A stretch of DNA of 64,000 nt from Polyangiaceae bacterium. GTDB lineage: Bacteria > Myxococcota_A > Polyangia > Polyangiales > Polyangiaceae. Where the stretch lies: contig JBNKBE010000001.1 of NCBI GenBank assembly GCA_050287085.1, forward strand, positions 1 through 64,000, given 5' to 3'. The translations under genes were made by a program, and so were the position numbers. Below are positions 1-9,663 of this stretch, one piece after another (positions within the stretch are counted from its first letter, which is position 1; each line of letters begins with the position of its first letter). The notes under the pieces are model-generated. The model did no database searches and was not told the origin of the DNA. It saw only the letters and a list, made by a program, of their open reading frames with translations.

Positions 1-173
1 CCAAGGAGCCGGCGCGACGTCACCGGTTGAAGCAGCTCTAGAACCGAGCCCCAAAGCCGCCGCAGCATCGTGTTGCCCCTCAGGGGAGGGGCTTCCCGAT
101 GCTGCTACTCTGGCCTGCTTTGGATGGGCTCTCTAGTAGCTGCTGGAGCACCGATCCTTTTTTGGCTCAGTTC

Positions 174-1496
174 TCAGCCGGAGATCAATCCGGTCACGCT
201 GGCTGCCGCCGACGCTGAGCCTTGCAGCGACGTGGTGGCATCCCCGAGCACGGAGCCGACTTCACCCAGAGCCCCAAGGCCACACGTTGCGCCCGCGATG
301 ACCCCAAGGCTAGCATCGCCGTCTACGACCGCGCTCAGCGCGCCGTCAACAGCTCCCTTGGCGTCCGCGGTTAGATCAGCGCCTGCGCTGAGCACGAGCT
401 CGATCTTGCCCACCTTGGCAACCAATTTGGCGTAAGCATCTGCAAAAGCCTCGATTTTCGCTTCGAGCGCCAGGCGGGCTTCAGCATCGAGGTCAGCCTT
501 CAGCCCATAGTCCACCGTTAGCTTGGGCGGTGTGCACTCAGCGCTGAAAGAGGCCTCGGCCTTGGCCGACGCTTTGCATTCCGCCGATACCTCGGGCGGC
601 TCAAAGTCACCTTTGCACTCGCCTTCGCACTTGACGCTCGCGTTGGCCTTGGCTTCACACTTCAGCTTGCCTTGGCATTCTGCCCCACCGGGATCGTAGG
701 TGCATTCGCCTTTGCACATGCCTTGGCATTCAAGCCCTCCGCTCAGCTCACAGCTGCCTCGGCACTCGCCTTCACACTTGGCGCCGCCATTGAGCTTGCA
801 CGTGCCGCCGCCGCTGGCGCCGTCGCCGTTGGCGACGAACTCGCCATTGCAATCCGCCTCAGCCTCTACAACACACTCGCCGGTGCAGCTGCCTTCACAC
901 TTGGCGCCGGCTTCCAGCTCGCAAGAGCCCTCGCAGGTGCCACTGCAAGCAAACGAGGGCGCGGTACCCGTGCACTTGACCTCGCCGTCGCAGGATACCA
1001 TGGCGTCCGCCTCGGCCACGCACTCACCCTTGCACTCAACCGCAAGCTTTCCAGGATCGGCTTTTACATCGCACTTGGCCGCCGCCTGAATTGAAGCCTG
1101 CGCGTTGACCTCGCACTTGGGCTCTTCGTACTTGAGCGAAAGCTTGCCGTCGATCTGCGACTTGATGCTCGCGTCGAACTCAGCTTTGATCGCGGCTGAT
1201 AGCTCTGCCGGAGTAGCCCCAGCTTTTACCTCGGCGCCAATGCCACGCGCCATCTCCTTGAGTACGCCGCTGATGTCCGCTTCCAGAACTTGCGCCTGGG
1301 CGTTGAAGTTCACGACTGAGCGAAAGAAGGCGTCCGCCGCAACAATGCCGGACACGCTGCCGTTGGCCTCCAACACGCCCTTGCACTCAAGACCACACTG
1401 GTCCGCCAGGGCGCCAATTGGATTGTTATCGTCACCACAAGCTGCAAGGGCCGGCATAACTGCCAGAAATGCTAGCGAAGAAAGTAGTTTTCTCAT
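174..1496 (-). CDS. Cys-rich lipoprotein with mirror-symmetric Cys ladder (paralog A)
   Basis: ATG at 1496 preceded by GAGGAG RBS; signal peptide with lipobox LAAC; 30 Cys; paralog of 1523..2905. Confidence 0.9.
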   Translation of the reverse strand: MRKLLSSLAFLAVMPALAACGDDNNPIGALADQCGLECKGVLEANGSVSGIVAADAFFRSVVNFNAQAQVLEADISGVLKEMARGIGAEVKAGATPAELSAAIKAEFDASIKSQIDGKLSLKYEEPKCEVNAQASIQAAAKCDVKADPGKLAVECKGECVAEADAMVSCDGEVKCTGTAPSFACSGTCEGSCELEAGAKCEGSCTGECVVEAEADCNGEFVANGDGASGGGTCKLNGGAKCEGECRGSCELSGGLECQGMCKGECTYDPGGAECQGKLKCEAKANASVKCEGECKGDFEPPEVSAECKASAKAEASFSAECTPPKLTVDYGLKADLDAEARLALEAKIEAFADAYAKLVAKVGKIELVLSAGADLTADAKGAVDGALSAVVDGDASLGVIAGATCGLGALGEVGSVLGDATTSLQGSASAAASVTGLISG

Positions 1497-1522
1497 GTTG
1501 TATTTCTCCTCTTGCTTCCTGT

Positions 1523-2905
1523 TCACTTGCCAACCACGGCGGTGAGCTTGCCTGCCGTTTCGATACTACCCTTGACTTTGCCCAGCGCGGCGGTGGCTTT
1601 CTTGCCCGCTTCGGGCAGCTCGGCCAGCGCACACCCCAGCTTGAAACCGGCCTTGAGATCGGCGTTGGCTTTGAGCTCGGGCACCGCGCCCGTGACGGCC
1701 TCTACCGCCGCTTTGGGTAGGTCCGCGGCGGCAGTGGCGATGCCCTTGAGGTTGGCCACCTTGGCGACCAGCTCACCATAGGCACGAGCAAACGCGTCCA
1801 CCTTGGCGCCAAACTCAGCCTGGAAGTCCGCGTCGCCCATCAAGTCCGCCTTGAGCTCGTAGCTCACGTCCAGACGTGGAGGCGTACACTCCGCACTGAA
1901 CTCTGCTTCGGCCTTGGCCGTAGCTTCGCATTGTGCTGAGACCTCTGGGGGGGTCACTTCCCCCTTGCACTCGCCCTCACACTTGACGCTGGCATTGCCG
2001 GAGGCAGTGCAAGAAGCCTGGCCGTTGCACTCCGCCATGGGCGCCGTGTAGGTGCACTCACCCTTGCACTTCCCCTGGCATTCGAGCCCACCGGTCAACT
2101 CACAGCTGCCGGAGCAGGTGCCTTCGCACTTGGCCCCAGCGCGCACGCTGCACGTGCCGCCGCCGCTGGCCCCATCCTCGGTGCTGGCGTGAAACTCACC
2201 GTCGCATTCCGCTTCGGTCTCCACGGTGCAAGTGCCTTTGCACTCTCCTTCGCACTTGGCGCCCGCTTCCAGTTCGCAGCTACCCTCACAGGTGCCTTCG
2301 CAAGCGAAACTTGGAGCGGTGCCCGTGCACTTGAGCTCGCCTTCGCACGCCACCATGGCGTCCACGTCGGCTACACACTCCCCCTTGCACTCAACGCTGG
2401 CTTCCCCGCCCTTGACGCTAGCGTCACATTTGGCCGACGCCTCCACCGCCGCCTTGGCAGTGACGGAGCATTTGGGCTCCTCGTAGTCGATCTTGAGCCC
2501 ACCTTCGAGGTTGGCTGTGATGTCCGCCTCGAACTTCGCCTTGATGTTGTCGATGGTCGCGTCGACATTGGCGTCGACCTCTGCGCCCAGGATCCCGGCG
2601 ATTTGATCGACGCTGAGCTTGATGCTCGCGTCGAGCTCAGCGGCTTTGCTTTCCAAGGTGACCACCGCGGAGAAAAAGGCGTCGATACTCGCTTCCCCGG
2701 AAATCGAGACGTCACCGTTCGCCACCGTGCCGCAGGTGAAGCCACACTGCTCCAGCAGGTCCCCAAGCTGGGCCTTCTCGTCCGCGGATGGTAGCGACTG
2801 TCCGGCAGAGGCCGTCTGCGAAGACGCTGGGCTCTGCTCACTGCACCCCGTGGCTAGCACGAGGGCGGCAACCGAGGTCGCCATGCCTCCAAGTAGTTTT
2901 CTCAT
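1523..2905 (-). CDS. Cys-rich lipoprotein with mirror-symmetric Cys ladder (paralog B)
   Basis: AGGAG RBS; MRKLL signal with ATGC lipobox; CxxxCxxxC repeats; collinear with paralog A. Confidence 0.9.
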   Translation of the reverse strand: MRKLLGGMATSVAALVLATGCSEQSPASSQTASAGQSLPSADEKAQLGDLLEQCGFTCGTVANGDVSISGEASIDAFFSAVVTLESKAAELDASIKLSVDQIAGILGAEVDANVDATIDNIKAKFEADITANLEGGLKIDYEEPKCSVTAKAAVEASAKCDASVKGGEASVECKGECVADVDAMVACEGELKCTGTAPSFACEGTCEGSCELEAGAKCEGECKGTCTVETEAECDGEFHASTEDGASGGGTCSVRAGAKCEGTCSGSCELTGGLECQGKCKGECTYTAPMAECNGQASCTASGNASVKCEGECKGEVTPPEVSAQCEATAKAEAEFSAECTPPRLDVSYELKADLMGDADFQAEFGAKVDAFARAYGELVAKVANLKGIATAAADLPKAAVEAVTGAVPELKANADLKAGFKLGCALAELPEAGKKATAALGKVKGSIETAGKLTAVVGK

Positions 2906-3191
2906 CTGAAAAGCACTCCTTAATGATTGATTTGCCCTGCAGCCGATAGTCCAACGTTTCGAAGGCGATGCCCCCTCTTTCGCCGGCTCGCAAGGCTGCG
3001 CGAGTCTAGGTGTAGCGTTTGAGAATTGTCAGGGAAAAACTTTGTCGACGGTCGGGTTACAGCTCTGGCGCATGAGCCACTGCTTCGCAACATGCCCCGG
3101 TCCGCCCGGTGACGGCACAGCGGACGCAGCGCGGAGGTTGGTAAGCCCGGACGGAGACGAACTATGTATTGATGGGCCGGCCCTGCGTGGA

Positions 3192-3257
3192 TGCCTGGGA
3201 ACGTGTAGGTGCCTGTGAACGTGTAGGTGCCTGTGAACGTGTAGGTGCCTGGGAACG
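3192..3257. repeat. Intergenic 18-bp tandem repeat (TGCCTG[G/T]GAACGTGTAGG, ~3.6 copies)
   Basis: Read directly from sequence. Confidence 0.9.
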
Positions 3258-3446
3258 AAACGGAGGTGGCTCCGCTTACGTCCCTTCGAGTGAAGGCCTT
3301 CCCTGCCGGCCGCCCCTCGCGCCGCCGAATCGCGAGCCATGCCAAGCTTTCAACTGACGTCAAGAACCCCAAGATAGGCTGCGCTAAGGCACAACTCATA
3401 CCAGTTTGGAAGCCGGGGGGCCAAGCGCCAAGAAGAGCGGCTCCTC

Positions 3447-4772
3447 CTAGCGATATCGAGGCGTCAATTGCACCTCGGCCCCTTCCGGAATCGGCAAGTC
3501 GATCGCGATCTCCGAACGAGGACTGCTGAGCTCGACGTCCGAAACGCTGACATTGCTGTCACACACGAACCGGCAATTGTCGCACTCGGTGCACAGCCGA
3601 ACGGCCAACCCTGGTGAACAGGCCACCGCAACCCGGCGGGCACCGTCCCACGTCACCGGGAGCCACAGAACGGCCGCAGAGCTGGTCTCAACGGGGCGGG
3701 ACGTCGGAGCCAAAGCCAAGGTGAGCTGGCGGTCTACGTTCAACGCCTCGTTTCGATCTGCACAGATCTGCGAAGACGACAGGACCTGGGGCCTGGCGTC
3801 CGCGGTCGTGAAGTGCTGACCAGCCGGAAGCAGCTGAATCACCGACCCCAGCCGCCCGCCCTGCGGTGGAGGCGGTGCAGAGTCCAGGGTACAGCCACGC
3901 ACGGCATCGCTCCCATCGCGGGTGGCACGCCAGAACGTGGCCTCGTCGTCAGTCCGAACCCGAAAGGCCGCGCCATCACAGGTGTTCACCCGCTCAGAAG
4001 CACACTCCCAGATGTAGAGACAGGCGCTCTCAGGACGTCCGTCGGCCATGGCCTGCGACCAGATTTCTGCGAGCTCTTGTCCGAGCACCCGCGCCACGGC
4101 CTCTTCGACGGCCGCTACTTCATCTCTGGGTGTCAAGGTCCGATACAAGGACAAGAAGCGTGCAACGCCGTAACGGCGCACCACAAAAGCGACAAAGCGT
4201 GCCGCAGCCCGGTAGTAGAACTCCCACGTGGTGGCTCCCTCCGCATACCAACCGGCTGACGAGAAAAGCTGCTCGTAGCCAAGCCCGGAGCGGCCCGGAT
4301 CTCGGATGCCACAGGATAACGCCACCGCAATTCCCTCCTCGAGTGCGCGATGGCTATCCCCCAACTGCGCTAGAAACGCATGCGTCAGCTCGTGACGGTT
4401 GAGCCATTGCCGCGAGAAGACCCCGCGTCCGCGCTGAAAACACGCGGACGCATCGTTGCTACAACCGCTCCATTTGCGAAAGGACGCCCTGTTAGTGAAC
4501 TTGGTGTAAACGGTGTGGGGCGCCGGGAGCGAAAAAAAGTCGGACAAGGCGAGGTAATACGCTTCGAGGGGCTCCGTCGGCGTCGCACACGCGGCCAACT
4601 CCTCAGCGCTCACCCGCAGCTCAAAATGCGGCGACGCGACACTCTCCGTCGGCTGAACCAGAGTGGATTCCGAATTGCAGCCGCTTGTGGCACAAGCCGA
4701 CGCGGCGCAGGCCGCGAGCGACGTGCATACGACTCGACAGGCGCGTTGCACGACGCGCCGCGGGCCCGACAT
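3447..4772 (-). CDS. Putative exported zinc metallopeptidase (gluzincin/peptidase MA-like), probable lipoprotein
   Basis: HELTH followed by LEEGIA third-ligand motif; N-terminal hydrophobic/Cys segment (TSGC); ATG overlaps lon stop (TAATG). Confidence 0.65.
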   Translation of the reverse strand: MSGPRRVVQRACRVVCTSLAACAASACATSGCNSESTLVQPTESVASPHFELRVSAEELAACATPTEPLEAYYLALSDFFSLPAPHTVYTKFTNRASFRKWSGCSNDASACFQRGRGVFSRQWLNRHELTHAFLAQLGDSHRALEEGIAVALSCGIRDPGRSGLGYEQLFSSAGWYAEGATTWEFYYRAAARFVAFVVRRYGVARFLSLYRTLTPRDEVAAVEEAVARVLGQELAEIWSQAMADGRPESACLYIWECASERVNTCDGAAFRVRTDDEATFWRATRDGSDAVRGCTLDSAPPPPQGGRLGSVIQLLPAGQHFTTADARPQVLSSSQICADRNEALNVDRQLTLALAPTSRPVETSSAAVLWLPVTWDGARRVAVACSPGLAVRLCTECDNCRFVCDSNVSVSDVELSSPRSEIAIDLPIPEGAEVQLTPRYR

Positions 4773-7240
4773 TAGCCCGCTGCCCGCGCGCGAATGAGAT
4801 GATCGCGATGGGGCCCCCGCGCCGGCAAGCACAGCTCCAAGACCTCCTCGAAACGGGACACGAAATGGGCCCGCATCCCGCGACGAATGGCCAACGGCAA
4901 GCGCTCGTACTCCGCGGTATTTCCTGCCGGCAGGATCACGTTGCGAACCCCAGCACGCTTCGCGGCTATCAGCTTTTCCTTGATCCCGCCCACCGGCATC
5001 ACGAGGCCACTCAGATTGAGCTCCCCGGTCATGGCAAAGGCCGGCCGCGGGGCAACGCCGTACATCAAGCTAAACAGAGCGGTTGCCATGGTTATGCCCG
5101 CAGAGGGTCCGTCCTTGGGAACCGCACCCGCCGGGACGTGAAGGTGCACCTGACGGGTTTCCAGAAACTGTTGCCCAGCGCCCCCTTGGCACAATGCGCG
5201 TACATAGGTGTAAGCAATCTCGCTCGACTCGATCATGACGCTTCCCAGCTGCCCGGTTTGTTTGAAACTCGGTGTCTGAGCAGGCACTGCTTGGGCTTCA
5301 ACGAATAGCGTATCCCCCCCCATGCTCGTCCACGCAAGGCCGGTAACGACCCCGATGCGCGGGGCCATCAACATATCCTCGTTGGTGAACACACGCGGAC
5401 CGAGCAGGCCTTCAACATCCCCGACATCGATGCGCAGCGGCTTCTTCCGACGCTGCACGATCTTGACCGCGCATTTTCGCACGATTTTCTTGATCTGATT
5501 CTCGAGGCTGCGCAGCCCCGCTTCTCGCGCGTAGCCGTCCACCAGCTCCCTCAGCGCGGCGCGGGAAATGGACAACTGGGAGCGCTTGAGGTTGAGCCGC
5601 TTGAGCGTCTTGGGCACCAGGTAGCGGCGGGCGATCTCCAACTTTTCCTCGAGGATATACCCGCTGAGTGAGATGACTTCCATGCGATCGAGCAGCGCCG
5701 GCGGCACCGTGTCCAGCTGATTGGCAGTGCATACGAATAGCACTTTGGACAGATCGAAACGCACGTCCAAATAGTGATCGAGAAACTCGTGGTTCTGCTC
5801 CGGGTCCAGCACCTCCAACAGAGCAGACGCCGGATCCCCCTGGAAGCTCGCCCCGATCTTGTCGATTTCGTCCAACATGATGACCGGGTTCTGCGTGCCC
5901 GTCGCGCGCAGAGCCTGAAGAAACTTGCCGGGGAGCGCACCGATATAGGTTCGGCGATGCCCCTTTATCTCGGCTTCGTCACGCATGCCGCCTAGAGAGA
6001 AGCGAAAGAACTCACGCCCGAGACAGTTGGCGATCGAACGCCCCACCGACGTCTTCCCCACCCCCGGTGGCCCTACGAGGCAGATGATCGAACCCCCAAA
6101 ATCTCCGCGGAGCAAACCTTCCGCCACAAACTCCACGATCCGTTCTTTGACGTCGGTCAACCCAAAGTGATCGCGATCCAAACTTGCGTTGACTTCCTTG
6201 AGGTTTACGCGACGTTCGGAACATTGACCCCACGGCAAGATGGTAAGCCAGTCGAGATAGGTACGCGTGAGGTTGTACTCGGTGCTGCTCGGTTCAATCG
6301 TACGCAGCTTGTTGAGTTCGTCCTGAATGCGGGTTTCCGCCTCCTTGGTCAAGGAACGACTCTCGAGTCGGGCCACGAACTCCTCAACCTCGGCTTCTTT
6401 GCCCTCTTTTTCGATGCCGAGTTCATGTTTGATCGCCTTGAGCTGCTCTCGCAGGAAGAACTCGCGCTGCTGATCGTTGATACGATCCTCGATCCGTTCA
6501 CGGATCTTGGTCTGGAGTCGTGAGATCTCCAGCTCGTCCTTGAGCAGCCCGAGCACTTTCTCCAGACGTCGTCGCACGTCCAACGTCTCCAGCACTTCTT
6601 GCAGGAGGGGTCCGGCCGCGCTCGTCAGAAACGCCGCCATGTCGGCGAGTGGCCCTGGCTCTTCGAGATTGCCCTCGCTCAGCAACAAGCTCAACTGCTC
6701 CTTGTACAGCGGGTTGAGGGCAACCAGATCTTTGATCAGGTTGATGACAGCCAAGGTATAGGCCTTGAGCTCGTCCCCGGGGGCGGCCTTCTCCTCGAGG
6801 TACTCAACCTCACACACCATATGCGGCGCGCGTTTGACCACGCGCACGATCCGCATTCGGTCGAGCGCGCTGAGCACTGCCGTCATCTCGTCGTCTTCGG
6901 ACATCGACAGATTGGTGATTTGCGCCACGACCCCCACCTCGTAGGTGTCGCCGTCGACCAGACGTGCCGCGTGCGGCAGCCCGTCGTATTCGTATTCGCC
7001 TTCCGGTTCCCGCTCGAGGACCAAACCCACCAACCCGTGACCACGCTGCTTGGCATGCCGCATCAGGGCCTGAAGCTCGGGCGTCTCGAGCTCGACGGGG
7101 ATCATCACTTTGGGGAAGACGGGTCGAACCGGAAGCGCCAGGATCGGGAGACGGTCCGGGTAGACCTCGCGGGCGACGATGATGCTGGTACTCGCCGCGC
7201 CATCGCGGACATCGTCGTCATCGGAATAGGGCCGTGCCAT
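4772..7240 (-). CDS. lon: ATP-dependent protease La (Lon)
   Basis: LON N-domain, Walker A GPPGVGKTS, RRTYIGALPG, LDEIDK, catalytic PKDGPSAG and KEK. Confidence 0.97.
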   Translation of the reverse strand: MARPYSDDDDVRDGAASTSIIVAREVYPDRLPILALPVRPVFPKVMIPVELETPELQALMRHAKQRGHGLVGLVLEREPEGEYEYDGLPHAARLVDGDTYEVGVVAQITNLSMSEDDEMTAVLSALDRMRIVRVVKRAPHMVCEVEYLEEKAAPGDELKAYTLAVINLIKDLVALNPLYKEQLSLLLSEGNLEEPGPLADMAAFLTSAAGPLLQEVLETLDVRRRLEKVLGLLKDELEISRLQTKIRERIEDRINDQQREFFLREQLKAIKHELGIEKEGKEAEVEEFVARLESRSLTKEAETRIQDELNKLRTIEPSSTEYNLTRTYLDWLTILPWGQCSERRVNLKEVNASLDRDHFGLTDVKERIVEFVAEGLLRGDFGGSIICLVGPPGVGKTSVGRSIANCLGREFFRFSLGGMRDEAEIKGHRRTYIGALPGKFLQALRATGTQNPVIMLDEIDKIGASFQGDPASALLEVLDPEQNHEFLDHYLDVRFDLSKVLFVCTANQLDTVPPALLDRMEVISLSGYILEEKLEIARRYLVPKTLKRLNLKRSQLSISRAALRELVDGYAREAGLRSLENQIKKIVRKCAVKIVQRRKKPLRIDVGDVEGLLGPRVFTNEDMLMAPRIGVVTGLAWTSMGGDTLFVEAQAVPAQTPSFKQTGQLGSVMIESSEIAYTYVRALCQGGAGQQFLETRQVHLHVPAGAVPKDGPSAGITMATALFSLMYGVAPRPAFAMTGELNLSGLVMPVGGIKEKLIAAKRAGVRNVILPAGNTAEYERLPLAIRRGMRAHFVSRFEEVLELCLPARGPHRDHLIRARAAG

Positions 7241-7333
7241 GGCGTTATCTTAGCTAGGGCAGCGCCCCCGGTGAGTCAAAACCGGGCTGAGCAAAAGTTC
7301 GGGCGGACGACTCGCCTCCTGGTTGCGGCCGAC

Positions 7334-7924
7334 TCAATCCGGCGAAACGCGGCTGCCGGGCCGCGAAGAGAGCGGAGGAAACTCGGCGCACAACGCCTCG
7401 GCGTTCTCCCGCTGGGCCGAAAACTCTCCCAATTTCTCAGACTGGTCGTCGAAACGCGCGGCCGCGGCGTCCAGCGCTTCGCTTTCCACCGCTGAGAGCT
7501 TTGCGGTCAAAGGAAAGAGCTGGTCCTCCTCAGTGCGCATGTGCGCGCTCATGGAAGCGATGAATTCCCGCAAGTTGGCGAGCAGGTGCGAACGTTCAGC
7601 ACCGTCGAGGCTGCTTTCGGAGCGCATGGCTTCCTGGCTCAGAACCCGCATCAGATAGCGCTCGGTTCGATGCTCGCGCCGAGCGTCCGCGAGCGGCCCC
7701 TCGGGCCAAGCCTCACCATGTGAGGCCAGCGCCGGCAAGAGCACGGTCTCTTCCTTCTCGGCGTGATGATTGTCAGCGAAGTTGACAAAGAACTCGCTGA
7801 AACGCTGCAGCGTCGCAGCCTCGAGGGGAGCGCCGTGTTCGACTCCATGAATGAAGCGCTCGAGCGCCCAGAGCACGCGAAACATGAGGTGATGCTCTTT
7901 GTATAGTTGGCGTGCCGCGTTCAT
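7334..7924 (-). CDS. Hemerythrin (HHE) domain protein
   Basis: EH, HHAEKEE..LLP, EH and HMRTEEDQLFP motifs. Confidence 0.85.
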   Translation of the reverse strand: MNAARQLYKEHHLMFRVLWALERFIHGVEHGAPLEAATLQRFSEFFVNFADNHHAEKEETVLLPALASHGEAWPEGPLADARREHRTERYLMRVLSQEAMRSESSLDGAERSHLLANLREFIASMSAHMRTEEDQLFPLTAKLSAVESEALDAAAARFDDQSEKLGEFSAQRENAEALCAEFPPLSSRPGSRVSPD

Positions 7925-8297
7925 GCTCTTCTCCCGGTTGAACTACAAATTGGAAACTGCGCCTGATGATACAAGCCCGAGGCTTTCAAGAGGAACGCAA
8001 ACACTGCAGAAAGCAAGACGCGCGCCAGGGTGAAGGAAGCGGTAGGACTCTATCATTGCGCAACAGTTGCGTAGTGACCATTCGAACCGGCGGCCCTTGC
8101 GCCCACAGCAACAGCTGGCGCGGAAGGTTTCACCCATTATCTCCGCAGAAGCTGCACAGCGGAGCAGGAACCGGAAACACTGCCGCAACCTTGTTCCGGC
8201 ACAACCTCCGGGGTTAGATCCCTGTTTGGTCCCCAACGCCGGGCGAGTCCCACAACTTGCCTGGCTCATCCTTGATTCCGGAGAACCCGTAAACGCC

Positions 8298-9605
8298 ATG
8301 AGAAAATTCCTTATCCCCGTTCTTGCGTCCACCACAACCGTACTGCTGAGCAGCCCCAGCTTTGCCCAGGTGAAGCTTGAAGCCAGTGCCTCGGCGGAGG
8401 GGGAGGCGAGCCCCAAGGCCGATGCTGAAGCCACGACGAACGCCGAGACAGATGCCGTGGTGGAAGAAAGCGTCACCATGGAAGAAAGTGCGCCAGCGCC
8501 GACCGATGACGCCGCGGGCGAGAGTCAGGGCCTGGACTTCTCCGCCTTCGTAGACGGCTCGCTGGTCCTACAAACCGCGCGGATGGGAACGGGAGTGCCC
8601 CCCCATCGGGCCTACGCAGGGGCCCTGGTCACCGGAGCTGGGACAACCAGTGCCAACGGCTTTTCCCTCAATTGGGTGGGGCTGAACGTCGGCTATGATG
8701 CAGGCGCTATCGGCGCCACGATCAGCCTGCGCGCCGGGACGGCCATGCCCGTCTACAATGCTAGCTCGGGCCATTCGCTCTACGGCATCGACAATATTAC
8801 CCAGGGCTATCTGACCTATCGCCCCACCCACAAGCTAGAGCTGGACTTCGGGCAGTTTGGTACGATCTACGGAGCCGAGGTCGCTGAGAGCTGGATGAAC
8901 CTCAACTACACCCGCGGCGGCCTGTACTTCGCCATGCAGCCGTTCTGGCACACTGGGCTGCGCGCCAGCTACGCCGCCTCCGACTCCATCACCGTCAAAG
9001 GGTTGCTCGTCAATGGTGTCAACTCGATCAGCGAAGCCGAACCGGACGGCGGGGGCGCGGTGGACCCGGTTTTCTACCCCACTATCGGTGCCCAGGTCGC
9101 TTACGCTTCCGACAAGTTGGACATCTTCGGCGGCGGGCTCTACGGCACCGAGACGGACGCTGATTCCTTCAATGTATTCCTGGATCTGGTGGCCGTACTC
9201 AAGCTCGATCCGCTCACCGTCATCCTCAACGCCGACTACAACGTGGACCAGCACGACGGAGTCGACAGCACGTCCTTCTACGGCGTGAGTCTGGCCGCGG
9301 GTTATACGCTGAGTCCTATGCTGGGGCTGGCAGGTCGAATCGAGCACCTTGTGGACGCTGACAACACCCTCTACGGCGTCCTTGATCCCAATGCCATCGT
9401 CCAGCCGACCTTGCTCGCCGAGTCCATCAGCGCCACCACGCTGACGGCCACCGTCGACGTCAAACCCCTGGAAAACGACAACTTCGTGCTCCGCTGGGAC
9501 AACCGCTATGAGATCGGCAGCCACGATATCTACGCTGACACCAAAGGTGCGCCCACCGACAGCTGGTTTGCCACGGTGATCGGCTTGGTCGTGCAGGGTG
9601 GCTGA
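8298..9605 (+). CDS. Outer-membrane beta-barrel putative porin (DUF1597-like)
   Basis: Sec signal ending SFA-Q; DFGQFGTIYGAEV, NLNYTRG, PFWHTGLR motifs; amphipathic C-terminal strand. Confidence 0.75.
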   Translation: MRKFLIPVLASTTTVLLSSPSFAQVKLEASASAEGEASPKADAEATTNAETDAVVEESVTMEESAPAPTDDAAGESQGLDFSAFVDGSLVLQTARMGTGVPPHRAYAGALVTGAGTTSANGFSLNWVGLNVGYDAGAIGATISLRAGTAMPVYNASSGHSLYGIDNITQGYLTYRPTHKLELDFGQFGTIYGAEVAESWMNLNYTRGGLYFAMQPFWHTGLRASYAASDSITVKGLLVNGVNSISEAEPDGGGAVDPVFYPTIGAQVAYASDKLDIFGGGLYGTETDADSFNVFLDLVAVLKLDPLTVILNADYNVDQHDGVDSTSFYGVSLAAGYTLSPMLGLAGRIEHLVDADNTLYGVLDPNAIVQPTLLAESISATTLTATVDVKPLENDNFVLRWDNRYEIGSHDIYADTKGAPTDSWFATVIGLVVQGG

Positions 9606-9663
9606 GAGACCCGCGGCGAGCACGAAAGGCCCCACGGCCTAGCCCCCAGATACCGACGCTAGA

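Noticed and set aside
8261..8277. Sigma54 promoter upstream of the porin gene
   Set aside because: TGGC..TTGA spacing is one base short and the -12 GC is missing
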